A stretch of 64,000 bases of DNA, from assembly GCA_045590215.1 (NCBI GenBank), contig JAZNQO010000028.1:10144-74143 (forward strand), written 5' to 3'. Position 1 is the stretch's first letter; the number at the start of each line of letters is the position of its first letter. The translations under genes were made by a program, and so were the position numbers. Under the pieces are notes generated by a model, which saw nothing but the letters and a program-made list of their open reading frames with translations, was not told the origin of the DNA and did not search any database. Below, in pieces: positions 45,693 through 54,746 of this stretch. This stretch comes from Clostridia bacterium (lineage in GTDB: Bacteria > Bacillota > Clostridia > Christensenellales > Aristaeellaceae).

Positions 45693-46820
45693 TCAGCCTT
45701 TGGGATAAAGCAGCGCAACCGCATGGGCACTGATGCCCTTGCCTTCGCCCTCAAAGCCCAGATGCTCGGTGGTGGTGGCTTTATAATTGATTTGTTCCGG
45801 CGATACGCCCATGGCACGGGCGGTGTTTGCCGCCATTTGCTCAATGTAAGGGGCAAGTTTCGGTGCCTGCGCCGCAATGGTCACATCCGCATTGCCCACT
45901 TCCAAGCCCTTTTCCCGAATCTTTTCCATGGCCTTTTCCAATAAAAGCAGGGAAGAGATGCCCTTGTAGGCTGCATCATTGTCCGGGAATAATTTGCCGA
46001 TGTTGGGCAGCTTTGCTGCCCCAAGGAGAGCGTCTGTCAAAGCGTGCAGAGCCACATCCGCATCGCTGTGCCCAAGCAGCCCCTCTTCATAGGGAATCTC
46101 CACACCCCCCAGCACCAGCTTTCTTCCTTCCTGCAATTGGTGCACATCATAGCCATGGCCAATCCGGGGCAAAGCCTTCTGCATTTTCATATCCTCCGGC
46201 GATGTCAGCTTGATATTGTCATAATGCCCTTCCACCAGATATACGGGAAAGCCGCTTGCTTCCATAAGCGCAGCATCATCGGTATACCGGCCGGCGGCCT
46301 TTTCATGAGCCAGCAGCATATCTTTCACATAAAACCCCTGGGGCGTCTGCATATGGTAAAGGCTTTCCCGGTTCAGGGTGCGGATCACTTTGCCGTTTTT
46401 CTCCGCTTCTTTGATGGTGTCCCGTGCTTTTACGGCGGCCACGCCGCTGCCCTTTTCCCGGACACTCTGTATCACATTTTCAATCACATCCCGGCGGATG
46501 AACGGCCGGGCGCCGTCATGAATGAGGGCAATATCGCAATCCCCCGGCAACGCTTTCAGGCCGCACAGGGCGGAGGCCTGCCTGTCAAAGCCGCCTTTTA
46601 CAATGGCATGCACGGAAAGAGATGCTTCCTGCAAGGCCTCTTCAAACGCCTTTTCTTCCCCTTCCTTCACCACCAGCACAGCCCCGTCCACCGCCTGCAA
46701 AAAGGTGCGCAGCCCTTTCACAACCGCCCTTTCGCCTTCCACCTTCAGCAGCGTTTTATTGATGGGTGCACCCATCCTCGTTCCGCTGCCGCCGCAGAGA
46801 ATCACGGCATATACGCTCAT
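45693..46820 (-). CDS. ispDF: bifunctional IspD/IspF (MEP cytidylyltransferase / MEcPP synthase)
   Basis: N-terminus AVILCGGSGTRMG (IspD). C-terminus RIGHGYDVHQL...GHSDADV (IspF). Single ORF, start at the ATG at 46820 after GGAGGA. Confidence 0.92.
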   Translation of the reverse strand: MSVYAVILCGGSGTRMGAPINKTLLKVEGERAVVKGLRTFLQAVDGAVLVVKEGEEKAFEEALQEASLSVHAIVKGGFDRQASALCGLKALPGDCDIALIHDGARPFIRRDVIENVIQSVREKGSGVAAVKARDTIKEAEKNGKVIRTLNRESLYHMQTPQGFYVKDMLLAHEKAAGRYTDDAALMEASGFPVYLVEGHYDNIKLTSPEDMKMQKALPRIGHGYDVHQLQEGRKLVLGGVEIPYEEGLLGHSDADVALHALTDALLGAAKLPNIGKLFPDNDAAYKGISSLLLLEKAMEKIREKGLEVGNADVTIAAQAPKLAPYIEQMAANTARAMGVSPEQINYKATTTEHLGFEGEGKGISAHAVALLYPKG

Positions 46821-47356
46821 GTTTCTTCCTCCGTCAAAAGCCGGATGGCCGCCGCATAAAAGCCAGATGCCTTTTGCGGCCATTTTTCCGCAATCTGCGC
46901 CGCCGTTTCATAGGTAGGCAAAGAAAGGGTGAACTGCATCAGCGGCATCTCCTTTTCCTGTACACCAAGGCTCACCACATAATCCCCCTGATCCTTCTTT
47001 CGGATCTGGCAGGGATATTGCTCCTGCAGGCGGAAGGCTTCCTTCCATGCTTCGCCTTTTTCTTCGATATAGCTGCGGATGCTGCCCGGCACCCGGTTTT
47101 TAAAAAGGGTCAAGGCTTCCTCCCCAGCCGGGGTGATGGTATACAGGAAATTTTCGCCCTTTCTTTCCCGCATGGCCTGCCCGTTGGCGCAAAGGTCGTT
47201 CAGGGCAAACATCATATCGAAATAATTGATTTCGTTATAATCAAACAAAAATTGCTGCAGCTGTACCCCGGTGCAAGGAGCCATGCAGCGAACCGTATAC
47301 AAAACAATCAGCCGTATTTCTTCTTCCGGGGAACGGCGCGGAGGATGCAAACTCAT
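46817..47356 (-). CDS. PadR-like winged-helix protein (DUF4364-like)
   Basis: IRLIVLYTVRCMAPCTGVQLQQFL...YTITPAGEEAL. ATGA overlap with ispDF. The family name is recalled from memory only. Confidence 0.55.
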   Translation of the reverse strand: MSLHPPRRSPEEEIRLIVLYTVRCMAPCTGVQLQQFLFDYNEINYFDMMFALNDLCANGQAMRERKGENFLYTITPAGEEALTLFKNRVPGSIRSYIEEKGEAWKEAFRLQEQYPCQIRKKDQGDYVVSLGVQEKEMPLMQFTLSLPTYETAAQIAEKWPQKASGFYAAAIRLLTEEET

Positions 47357-47486
47357 GAAAACCTCCAGAACAAAAAATCTATATCTTATATAAAATTCGG
47401 AAAAAATGACAAAAATCCTGCCTGCCGCCTCCAAAAAGGTGCAATTTTATCAGAAGCATTTATCTTCCCTGCTTCCCCCGCTTCTC

Positions 47487-47515
47487 TTGACCGAAAAGGG
47501 CTTTGGGCGTATACT
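47487..47515 (+). promoter_or_regulatory. candidate promoter of the GNAT gene
   Basis: TTGACC, a 17-nt spacer, then TATACT. Confidence 0.5.
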
Positions 47516-47537
47516 GCCTTTGGAAAGGATGATGTGT

Positions 47538-48092
47538 ATGCCCTATCGCCCGGCCAGAGAAACGGATGCGCCGCAGCTGGCGGAAATTTATGCCCCCTAT
47601 GTGGAAAACACCGCCATTACATTTGCCACAGAGCCTTTGCAGCCGGTGGATTTTCTCCACAAAATCCACGCCCCCTATCCCTTCCTTGTGTATGAGGAAG
47701 AAGGCCGCATTTGCGGCTTTGCCTATGCTTCCGCGCTTCGGGAGAAGGCGGCCTATCGCTGGGCGGTGGAATTGAGCATTTATCTGTCCCCGGATGCTCA
47801 GGGAAAAGGCCTTGGCAAGGGGCTGATGGAGCGGCTTTTGCGGCTTTTGAAGATGCAAAAATTCCAAAGTGCCTATTCCTGCATCACCCTGCCCAATGAA
47901 AAAAGCATGGGGCTGCACGGGCGGTTTGGTTTCCGGGAAGTGGGGCGGTTTGAAAAATCCGGCTATAAATTGGGCGCATGGCGGGATGTGGCATGGCTCT
48001 TTCTGCCGCTTGGCGATTTCCCGGATGCACCGGATGAACCCCTTCCCTTTCAGCAATTGGATGAGCAAATTATACAGCAAATCATGCAATAA
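47538..48092 (+). CDS. GNAT family N-acetyltransferase (phosphinothricin-acetyltransferase-like)
   Basis: ITFATEP...GFAYAS...QGKGLGKGLMERLL...GLHGRFGF. Confidence 0.8.
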   Translation: MPYRPARETDAPQLAEIYAPYVENTAITFATEPLQPVDFLHKIHAPYPFLVYEEEGRICGFAYASALREKAAYRWAVELSIYLSPDAQGKGLGKGLMERLLRLLKMQKFQSAYSCITLPNEKSMGLHGRFGFREVGRFEKSGYKLGAWRDVAWLFLPLGDFPDAPDEPLPFQQLDEQIIQQIMQ

Positions 48093-48123
48093 AAAAGCAG
48101 GAGTTTTCGCTCCTGCTTTTCTT

Positions 48124-49272
48124 TTATGCCGTTTTCTCTGCCCCTTGCAACTTCTTTTTTGCTTCCCGCTTCTGCGTCCATTCCCGCACAAGAGCATAAA
48201 GCGCAGATGCAAGCGGCACGCCGATCAGCATCCCGAACGGCCCGGCCAGGCCGCCGCCGACAGTCACTGCCGCCAATACCCAGATGGCCGGCAGCTTAAT
48301 CTTATTCCCCACCACACGGGGATAAATCAGATTTCCCTCCAGCTGCTGCAGAACAATCAGGAACACAAGGAAAATCAACGCCTTCACGGGATCCACAATC
48401 AGAATCATAAACGCCCCTACAACGGCGGAGAAATAGGCACCAACGATGGGGATCAGGGCGCAAACGCCCACCAGAATGCTGATCATCAATACATTGGGCA
48501 GCCCCAGTATCAGCATGCCCAGGGCACACAACGACCCCAGTATGGCCGCTTCCGTCACCTGCCCTACAATAAACGATTGGAAAGAAAAGTTCATTATTTG
48601 ACCCACATGAATGGCCTTTTCCGCCCAGCCCCTGGGCAGCCATACGTGCATCAGCCGCTTCAGCTGGCGAATGAGCGTGGCCTTGCATGCCAGCATATAC
48701 ACCGCAAAAATCACGCCAAACACCAAATCAATCACGCTGCCGGCTGCCGCCCCAAAGATATTGGCCGCCCCAGAAAGCAGCTTGCCGCTGCTGTTCTTCA
48801 CCCATTCATCAATGGTCTGGCGCACCTGCGTCCAGTTAATATCGAAATGGGAGAAGAAGTTTTCCTGCCCGGCATCCGCCGCCGCCAGCATATCAATCAC
48901 CTTTTTCGCCGTATCCACCAAAAAGCTGCCTGCATGCACCAGTTCGGGAATGACCAGCGTAATCACGCCGAACACCACCACCAGCACCACCGCCAAGGCC
49001 AGCACCAGGGCCAGCGGCCGCCGCAGCTTCTGCAAGGCAGGCTTTTTCGCCCTGGGAAACAGCCGCTTTTCCAGAGCCGTCATGGGCACATTAATAATCA
49101 CCGCCAGAATAAGCCCCAGCACCAACGGATATATCAATTTTATCACAGCGTTAATACCGTTTCCCACAGCCGCCAGATTATTTAATACTAAAAAAATCAC
49201 ACAGCAGGCCGCAAAAACACCGATAATCCATTTGGCCAGCTGCTTTCTTTTGTCTTTATCGTCAATAAACAT
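48124..49272 (-). CDS. AI-2E family transporter (PerM-like)
   Basis: Polytopic protein ending with a conserved GxPLA segment. AAGGAG precedes the ATG at 49272. Confidence 0.8.
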   Translation of the reverse strand: MFIDDKDKRKQLAKWIIGVFAACCVIFLVLNNLAAVGNGINAVIKLIYPLVLGLILAVIINVPMTALEKRLFPRAKKPALQKLRRPLALVLALAVVLVVVFGVITLVIPELVHAGSFLVDTAKKVIDMLAAADAGQENFFSHFDINWTQVRQTIDEWVKNSSGKLLSGAANIFGAAAGSVIDLVFGVIFAVYMLACKATLIRQLKRLMHVWLPRGWAEKAIHVGQIMNFSFQSFIVGQVTEAAILGSLCALGMLILGLPNVLMISILVGVCALIPIVGAYFSAVVGAFMILIVDPVKALIFLVFLIVLQQLEGNLIYPRVVGNKIKLPAIWVLAAVTVGGGLAGPFGMLIGVPLASALYALVREWTQKREAKKKLQGAEKTA

Positions 49273-49382
49273 TTCGTTTCTCCTTTCGGACGTCACTCCG
49301 CCCGTTTTATTATTCCCAATTTTATGCCGCTTGTCAACCTCACACCACAAATTTGCCACAAAACCATTTTGATAAACATAAA

Positions 49383-49413
49383 TCCGGACACAAACAGCCG
49401 CTTTGTGTCCGGA
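49383..49413 (-). terminator. intrinsic terminator after the YfcE-like gene
   Basis: 12-bp stem TCCGGACACAAA/TTTGTGTCCGGA, followed on the minus strand by ATTTATGTTTAT. Confidence 0.65.
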
Positions 49414-49434
49414 GAAGATATTGTTTCATTCCTG

Positions 49435-49890
49435 TCAGTAAAGCGTGGGGGTCACGTCTCCACGCCAGCTTATTTCCAGCAGGGCGCAATGGCCGTCCAT
49501 GGCACTGCCGGGGTTGAGAAGCAGGATGCCATTCCTTTCCTCGCATCGCTGCACATGGGTGTGGCCGTAAAGAGCTGTCCGAACTTTATGTTCCATGGCC
49601 AGCAAAAGCAAGCTGTCCAGGCTCTGCTTCACCCCCTGTATATGCCCGTGGGTGAGCAGCATCCTGGCCTTGCTCATTTCCACCACTTCCAGCGTGCCCG
49701 GCTGCATAAAATCGCAGTTCCCGGCCACCTGATAGACGGGCGGCAGCACCACATCCAGCTTGGCCAGATCCCGGCTGCCGTCCCCCAGATGAAAGATAGC
49801 GTCCAGAGGGCCTCTTTCCTCCATCATCATCAGCAGGCTGGACAGGCGGCCATAATACCCGTGAGAATCGCTGAGCACGGCAATGCGCAT
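49435..49890 (-). CDS. YfcE/MJ0936-family metallophosphoesterase
   Basis: RIAVLSDSHG, LGDG, GNCD and GHTH motifs. The ATG at 49890 shares 1 nt with the upstream TGA. Confidence 0.85.
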   Translation of the reverse strand: MRIAVLSDSHGYYGRLSSLLMMMEERGPLDAIFHLGDGSRDLAKLDVVLPPVYQVAGNCDFMQPGTLEVVEMSKARMLLTHGHIQGVKQSLDSLLLLAMEHKVRTALYGHTHVQRCEERNGILLLNPGSAMDGHCALLEISWRGDVTPTLY

Positions 49891-51209
49891 CACTGCAAAT
49901 CCTCCAGATAGGGCAGCATCTGCTGCAAGGCCTTGGCACGGTGGCTGATGAGGTTCTTTTCTGCGCCGTCCATTTCGGCAAAGGTTTCGCCGGAGAGGTA
50001 TTCAAAATAGGGGTCATAGCCAAAGCCGCCGTTGCCGCGGGGCGTGAAGGTAATCACGCCGGGGCAGGTGCCGGAAACGGTGAAGGTTTCGCCGTTTGGC
50101 AGCACCAAGGCCATGGCACAGTTAAACTGCGCCGTGCGGCCTTCCGCCGGAACCCCGGCCATTTTTTCAATCAGCAGATCGTTATTGGCCTTGTCATCCC
50201 CATGCACCCCGGCATACCGGGCAGAAAGCACGCCGGGCTCGCCGTTCAGGGCGTCCACCGTCAGGCCGCTGTCATCACCGATGGCGCAAAGACCGGTGGC
50301 CTTGGCAACTGCCTTGGCCTTGATGATGGCGTTGGCTTCAAAGGTATCGCCGTTTTCGTCGATATCTTCATAAAAGCCTGCTTCTTCCATGGAAATCACA
50401 TGCAGGGTATCATCCAGCATTTGAGAAATTTCCCGAATCTTATGGGGGTTATTGCTGGCAATGACCAACGTGCGCTTGGGGGCAATGACCCTTGCCGCCT
50501 CGCCTAAAGCTTCCTTCTGCATTTCGTGCAGCTCGCTGATGCCCTTTTCCCCAAGGGCCAGCAGCTGGTTCAGTTCGCCCCGGCTGAAGGCTCGGCCTTC
50601 CCCGGTGCCCTGCAATTCAATGAAGGCTCCCTGCTCGTTCATCACAAAATTCATATCCGTCTGGGCAGAGCTGTCTTCAATATAGCACAGATCAAGGCAG
50701 GGGGTATCTTCCACCACCCCGGCACTGACAGCGGCAATCTGATGGTTGATGGGGCTTTCCTTCAGCTTGCCCTGCTTCATCAGCTTATCCACAGCGCAGC
50801 AAAGGGCCACAAAGCCGCCGGTGATGGAGGCCGTCCGGGTGCCGCCGTCCGCTTCCAATACGTCACAGTCGATGGTGATAGTGCGCTCCCCAAGGAAGCG
50901 GCGGTCCACCGCCTGACGCAGTGCCCGGCCGATAAGGCGGCTGATTTCCACGCTGCGGCCGTCCTTCTTCACACCGTCACGGGCCTTTCTCCGCCCGGTG
51001 GAGGCTGGCAGCATGGCATATTCCGCTGTCACCCAGCCAAGACCCTGCCCCCGCAGGAAGGGCGGCACGCTTTCGTCAATGGATGCCGTGCAAATCACCC
51101 GCGTTCCGCCGCAGCGAATGAGGCAGCTGCCATCTGCCGTGCCCACAAAGCCCACCTGCATTTCGCAGGGGCGCAGTTCATTGGGGTTCCGTCCGTCTTT
51201 GCGTGTCAT
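49890..51209 (-). CDS. rph: fused ribonuclease PH + RdgB/HAM1 non-canonical purine NTP pyrophosphatase
   Basis: N-terminus RKDGRNPNELRP...TAEYAMLPASTG (RNase PH). C-terminus LVIASNNPHKIREI...GFGYDP (RdgB). GGAGGA precedes the ATG at 51209. Confidence 0.9.
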   Translation of the reverse strand: MTRKDGRNPNELRPCEMQVGFVGTADGSCLIRCGGTRVICTASIDESVPPFLRGQGLGWVTAEYAMLPASTGRRKARDGVKKDGRSVEISRLIGRALRQAVDRRFLGERTITIDCDVLEADGGTRTASITGGFVALCCAVDKLMKQGKLKESPINHQIAAVSAGVVEDTPCLDLCYIEDSSAQTDMNFVMNEQGAFIELQGTGEGRAFSRGELNQLLALGEKGISELHEMQKEALGEAARVIAPKRTLVIASNNPHKIREISQMLDDTLHVISMEEAGFYEDIDENGDTFEANAIIKAKAVAKATGLCAIGDDSGLTVDALNGEPGVLSARYAGVHGDDKANNDLLIEKMAGVPAEGRTAQFNCAMALVLPNGETFTVSGTCPGVITFTPRGNGGFGYDPYFEYLSGETFAEMDGAEKNLISHRAKALQQMLPYLEDLQ

Positions 51210-51213
51210 TTTT

Positions 51214-52032
51214 TCATTCCTCCGCCGTATTATTTTCTTGGTGATATTTGGGGCCAAGGGCAGCATATCGCCTTGTAATCCATTTGCAGATGCCGTCCAG
51301 ACCGGGGTAAATCATGCGCTCGGAAATATTGATATAGTCCAGTTTATCCCGGATTTCCAGCTTCGTTTCCGCCGGGATGATGATGCGGCGGAAAGTCTTT
51401 TCCTCTGTTGCCAGCTCATCAATGGACACCGTGGGGTCAGAGCAGACGGAAAAGAGGGCGTATTGATTGGCAATGCGGTTGACCGCACTGGCCGGCTCAA
51501 AAAACAGCGCAAAGGGCTTTTCCGCTATGCTCTGCAGGGATTCAAAGCTGTCCGCCACTTTATCCATCATTTCCATGGTGAAAATATTGCCCCGTTCTTT
51601 TTCCAGCATGTTTTTAAGCTTCAGGGGCAATTGCTTATTCATTTTATCAATATGGACGCACAGGATCACGCCGTCTTTATCATAGCTATCCTGATCTTCG
51701 GTTGCAAAATGCGCCGCCACAAGGGGGGAATACGTCCAGTCAAGAAGCCTCGTTGGCAGGCCGAATTGCTGCGCCATGGCCAGCATCTGCCAGAAGGACG
51801 ATACCTGCTGCAAATCCGCATAACCATATTTGCGGAAGGAGCGCAGCATCTGCTTTTCCAGGGAAAGGTCGTGGGCGCAGGCACGGTTCAAAGAGGGCAT
51901 CATGCTCCAGTTTTTGTCTGCCATGCCCCGGTACACGCTGTTGTCCCGGTAGCGCATGATGCTCTCGTCCCATACACCGTCAAAAATAGCATGCTGCAAT
52001 TCGTCCCAGCTGTGGATGATGATTTCCTGCAT
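51214..52032 (-). CDS. FRG domain-containing protein
   Basis: YRGMADKNWSMMPSLNR...QQFGLPTRLLDWTYSPLVAAHFA is the hallmark FRG motif. Confidence 0.8.
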   Translation of the reverse strand: MQEIIIHSWDELQHAIFDGVWDESIMRYRDNSVYRGMADKNWSMMPSLNRACAHDLSLEKQMLRSFRKYGYADLQQVSSFWQMLAMAQQFGLPTRLLDWTYSPLVAAHFATEDQDSYDKDGVILCVHIDKMNKQLPLKLKNMLEKERGNIFTMEMMDKVADSFESLQSIAEKPFALFFEPASAVNRIANQYALFSVCSDPTVSIDELATEEKTFRRIIIPAETKLEIRDKLDYINISERMIYPGLDGICKWITRRYAALGPKYHQENNTAEE

Positions 52033-52094
52033 AAAAAAGTTCCTTCCTTTTGCAAGGGTATTTGTGGTATAATGCCCGTGAGGTGTATCAGAGC

Positions 52095-52688
52095 ATGAAA
52101 CGCAATTATCAATTGGAAATGGAAGAGGAAATAAAGTCTCTGCAGGGGGCAAAGCCGACGCTGCTGCTCCATAGCTGCTGCGGCCCCTGCTCCAGTGCCG
52201 TGATTGAGCGGCTTCGGGAGCATTTCTCCCTCACCATTCTCTATTATAACCCCAATATCGAGCCGGAGGAAGAGTATCTTTTGCGTTTATCCGAACAAAA
52301 AAGATTGCTTTCCCTGCTGAACATCCCCATCCTGCCTTGTGCATGGGATCACGAAGCCTTTTCCTGCTTCGCTGAACAGATGAAGGACGAGCCCGAAGGG
52401 GGCAGCCGCTGCACGGCCTGCTTTGCCCTGCGGCTAAATAAAACGGCGCAGCTGGCAAAAGAACATGGCTTTTCCTATTTCGCCACCACCCTGTCCGTTT
52501 CCCCCCATAAAGACCCCGTCCGGCTGAACGACATCGGCCATGCCTGTGAGGAAAAATGGGGCGTTCGCTATCTGGTCAGCGATTTCAAAAAGAAAAACGG
52601 CTATCTGCGCTCTTTGCAGCTTTCCAAGGAATTTGACCTCTATCGTCAGGTTTACTGCGGCTGCCTTTATTCCAAGCAGCCCACCTGA
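52095..52688 (+). CDS. queH: epoxyqueuosine reductase QueH (DUF208)
   Basis: LLLHSCCGPCSS...YYNPNI...CTACF...YCGCLYS cysteine pattern. Confidence 0.88.
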   Translation: MKRNYQLEMEEEIKSLQGAKPTLLLHSCCGPCSSAVIERLREHFSLTILYYNPNIEPEEEYLLRLSEQKRLLSLLNIPILPCAWDHEAFSCFAEQMKDEPEGGSRCTACFALRLNKTAQLAKEHGFSYFATTLSVSPHKDPVRLNDIGHACEEKWGVRYLVSDFKKKNGYLRSLQLSKEFDLYRQVYCGCLYSKQPT

Positions 52689-53413
52689 CCGCTTCCGATG
52701 GAAACTTCCCCGGTGCGGAGGATTTCTTCTCCGCTTTCCGTTTCCACGATTAAGCCGCCCATCCCATCCACGCCCGATACACGGGCGTTTTTTTGTTGCC
52801 CGTTCTGCGTGAAGGTGATTTCCTTCCCAAGGAGCAGCATCCGCTCTCTGTAATAGGAAAGGCAGCTGTCTTTTTCTTCCTGCAGGGCATCCAGAACGCA
52901 AGCGGCAATGGCTCCAATCAGCCGCTCCCGTTCTGCGTCTGTTTCCAAAGCTCCGGCAATGGGCACGCCGGGGAAGCCACCTTCCGGCATTTTCACGTTC
53001 AGGCCGATGCCAAGCGCCGCCATGTTTTCCACCGCTTCCGCTAAAATGCCGCACACCTTTTTGCCCATCAGAAATAAATCATTCACCCATTTGATGCGTA
53101 AATTCTGCCCGGTCACGCTCTCCACCCCCCGGCACACGGCGCAGGCCGCCCGGATGGTGAGCGGCAAATCGTCTTCCGAAAGGGGCAAAAGCAGGCTCAT
53201 GTAAATCCCTGTGCCTTCCGGCGACAGAAAGCTGCGCCCCAATCGCCCACGCCCTGCCGTCTGGCTGTCGGCGCAAAGCAGCTGCACCTTTTTTTCGCCG
53301 CTGCGGCAGGCTTCCTTCAAGCGCAGGTTGGTAGAGTCCGTTTCACGGAGCACCGTCACGGGTAAATCACGATGCCGCCCCAAGGAATCCCTGATTTTCT
53401 GCTCGTTCAGCAT
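52667..53413 (-). CDS. birA: biotin--[acetyl-CoA-carboxylase] ligase (no N-terminal HTH)
   Basis: QTAGRGRLGRSF and KWVNDL motifs. Confidence 0.9.
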   Translation of the reverse strand: MLNEQKIRDSLGRHRDLPVTVLRETDSTNLRLKEACRSGEKKVQLLCADSQTAGRGRLGRSFLSPEGTGIYMSLLLPLSEDDLPLTIRAACAVCRGVESVTGQNLRIKWVNDLFLMGKKVCGILAEAVENMAALGIGLNVKMPEGGFPGVPIAGALETDAERERLIGAIAACVLDALQEEKDSCLSYYRERMLLLGKEITFTQNGQQKNARVSGVDGMGGLIVETESGEEILRTGEVSIGSGQVGCLE

Positions 53414-54579
53414 CAGAAATCTTCCCTCAAATGATTGTGGTTTACAATAAACGCCTGTTGCAGTTCATCCTGCTTGCCAAACACCTCCGCATCGTCCCGG
53501 CAAAGCAGCACTTCATCCAAACTGCACACGCCGCAGCACAAAAGGGAGAAGGCCTGCATAGAGAACGCCGCATCCGGCTGGCCGTCCGTCTTTTCCACGG
53601 TGGTTTTGCCACTCTTGCATGCCACATGGAAAACGCCGTTGTTTTCGGGAATAATCTTATCTTCCACCTGCAAGATAAAGTCCGTCTCTTCCTGCCACGG
53701 ATGTCCTTCCAAAGCCTTCTGCACATTCACAATGCGCACCATGCCCCGGCTGGTATGCTCCACCCGGACGGCATAGGGTTCCTCAAACAAAATAAAGGGG
53801 TTCACGTCATGAGGCAGCCAGATTTCCATCTTGTCGCCGCCGGGAGCCAACAGCCCCAAAAAGCCCAGCATGCCCCGGATAGAGCGAGGGGTCAGATACG
53901 CCCAATCCCCCACGAAATAGCTCTTGCCCCCGTTGTTTTCATGGCGCAGGGTAAAATAGCTTTCCGCCTTTCCGTTATCCGCATACCAGATGTAGGTATG
54001 CACATGGGTCTTGTAGGGGTCTTTTTTCAGGGCGTTCCACTCCCAGTCCCCGCGATCCACGGCAAAATTGCGGTTTTTCCGGAAAGCGTTATAAATATCC
54101 TTGATTACGCTGTCATCTTCCCCTGGCATAAACTGGCGCACTTTGCCTGTGCAGGGAAATTGGCGCAAATCTTGCGTCTGCACATGGCACCTGTCCATGT
54201 ACTGGCCGTTTTCAAAACCGAATTTGCGGTAGAAAGGATGGGAGAAGGGATAAAGCGACGCCAGCACATCCCCCCGCTTATAGCTTTCCCGAAGCACCAG
54301 CGAAAGCAATTCCCGGATATGCCCTTCCCGTCTGTATTCCGGCAGCGTGGCCACGCCGCCCACCCCCAGCATACCCACATCCTGCCCGAAATAGGCGCAG
54401 GTATAGGCATTGGCATACACGGTGGAGGTGCACAGATCCCCTTCAAATGCACCGTATAAATTTTTATGTTTATCCCCGGTATCGTTCACGGGGTCTTCCT
54501 TGCGCTCAAAGCGAAAAGCAATATCCATCACGTTTTGTGCCAAGGCAAATTCATCCGGGCGAATGGGGCGGCAGATCAT
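53413..54579 (-). CDS. Eis-like GNAT acetyltransferase with C-terminal SCP2-like domain (COG4552 type)
   Basis: GVGGVATLPEYRREGHIRELL...YPFSHPFYRKFGFE. About 390 aa. GAGGAGG precedes the ATG at 54579. Confidence 0.75.
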   Translation of the reverse strand: MICRPIRPDEFALAQNVMDIAFRFERKEDPVNDTGDKHKNLYGAFEGDLCTSTVYANAYTCAYFGQDVGMLGVGGVATLPEYRREGHIRELLSLVLRESYKRGDVLASLYPFSHPFYRKFGFENGQYMDRCHVQTQDLRQFPCTGKVRQFMPGEDDSVIKDIYNAFRKNRNFAVDRGDWEWNALKKDPYKTHVHTYIWYADNGKAESYFTLRHENNGGKSYFVGDWAYLTPRSIRGMLGFLGLLAPGGDKMEIWLPHDVNPFILFEEPYAVRVEHTSRGMVRIVNVQKALEGHPWQEETDFILQVEDKIIPENNGVFHVACKSGKTTVEKTDGQPDAAFSMQAFSLLCCGVCSLDEVLLCRDDAEVFGKQDELQQAFIVNHNHLREDF

Positions 54580-54746
54580 GGCTGCATCCTCCTCTTTTTC
54601 TCTTTTCCTTATTATAACAGACTCTTCTTTCCCGTTCAATGAAATTTTACGGGCAATGCCGCTGCCCGGAGCAGTTTTTTGCCACAATTGGCATCTTGCA
54701 TATTTTCCTTTCCTTCTCTATAATGAAAAAGAAAGGAGCGTTTGCT

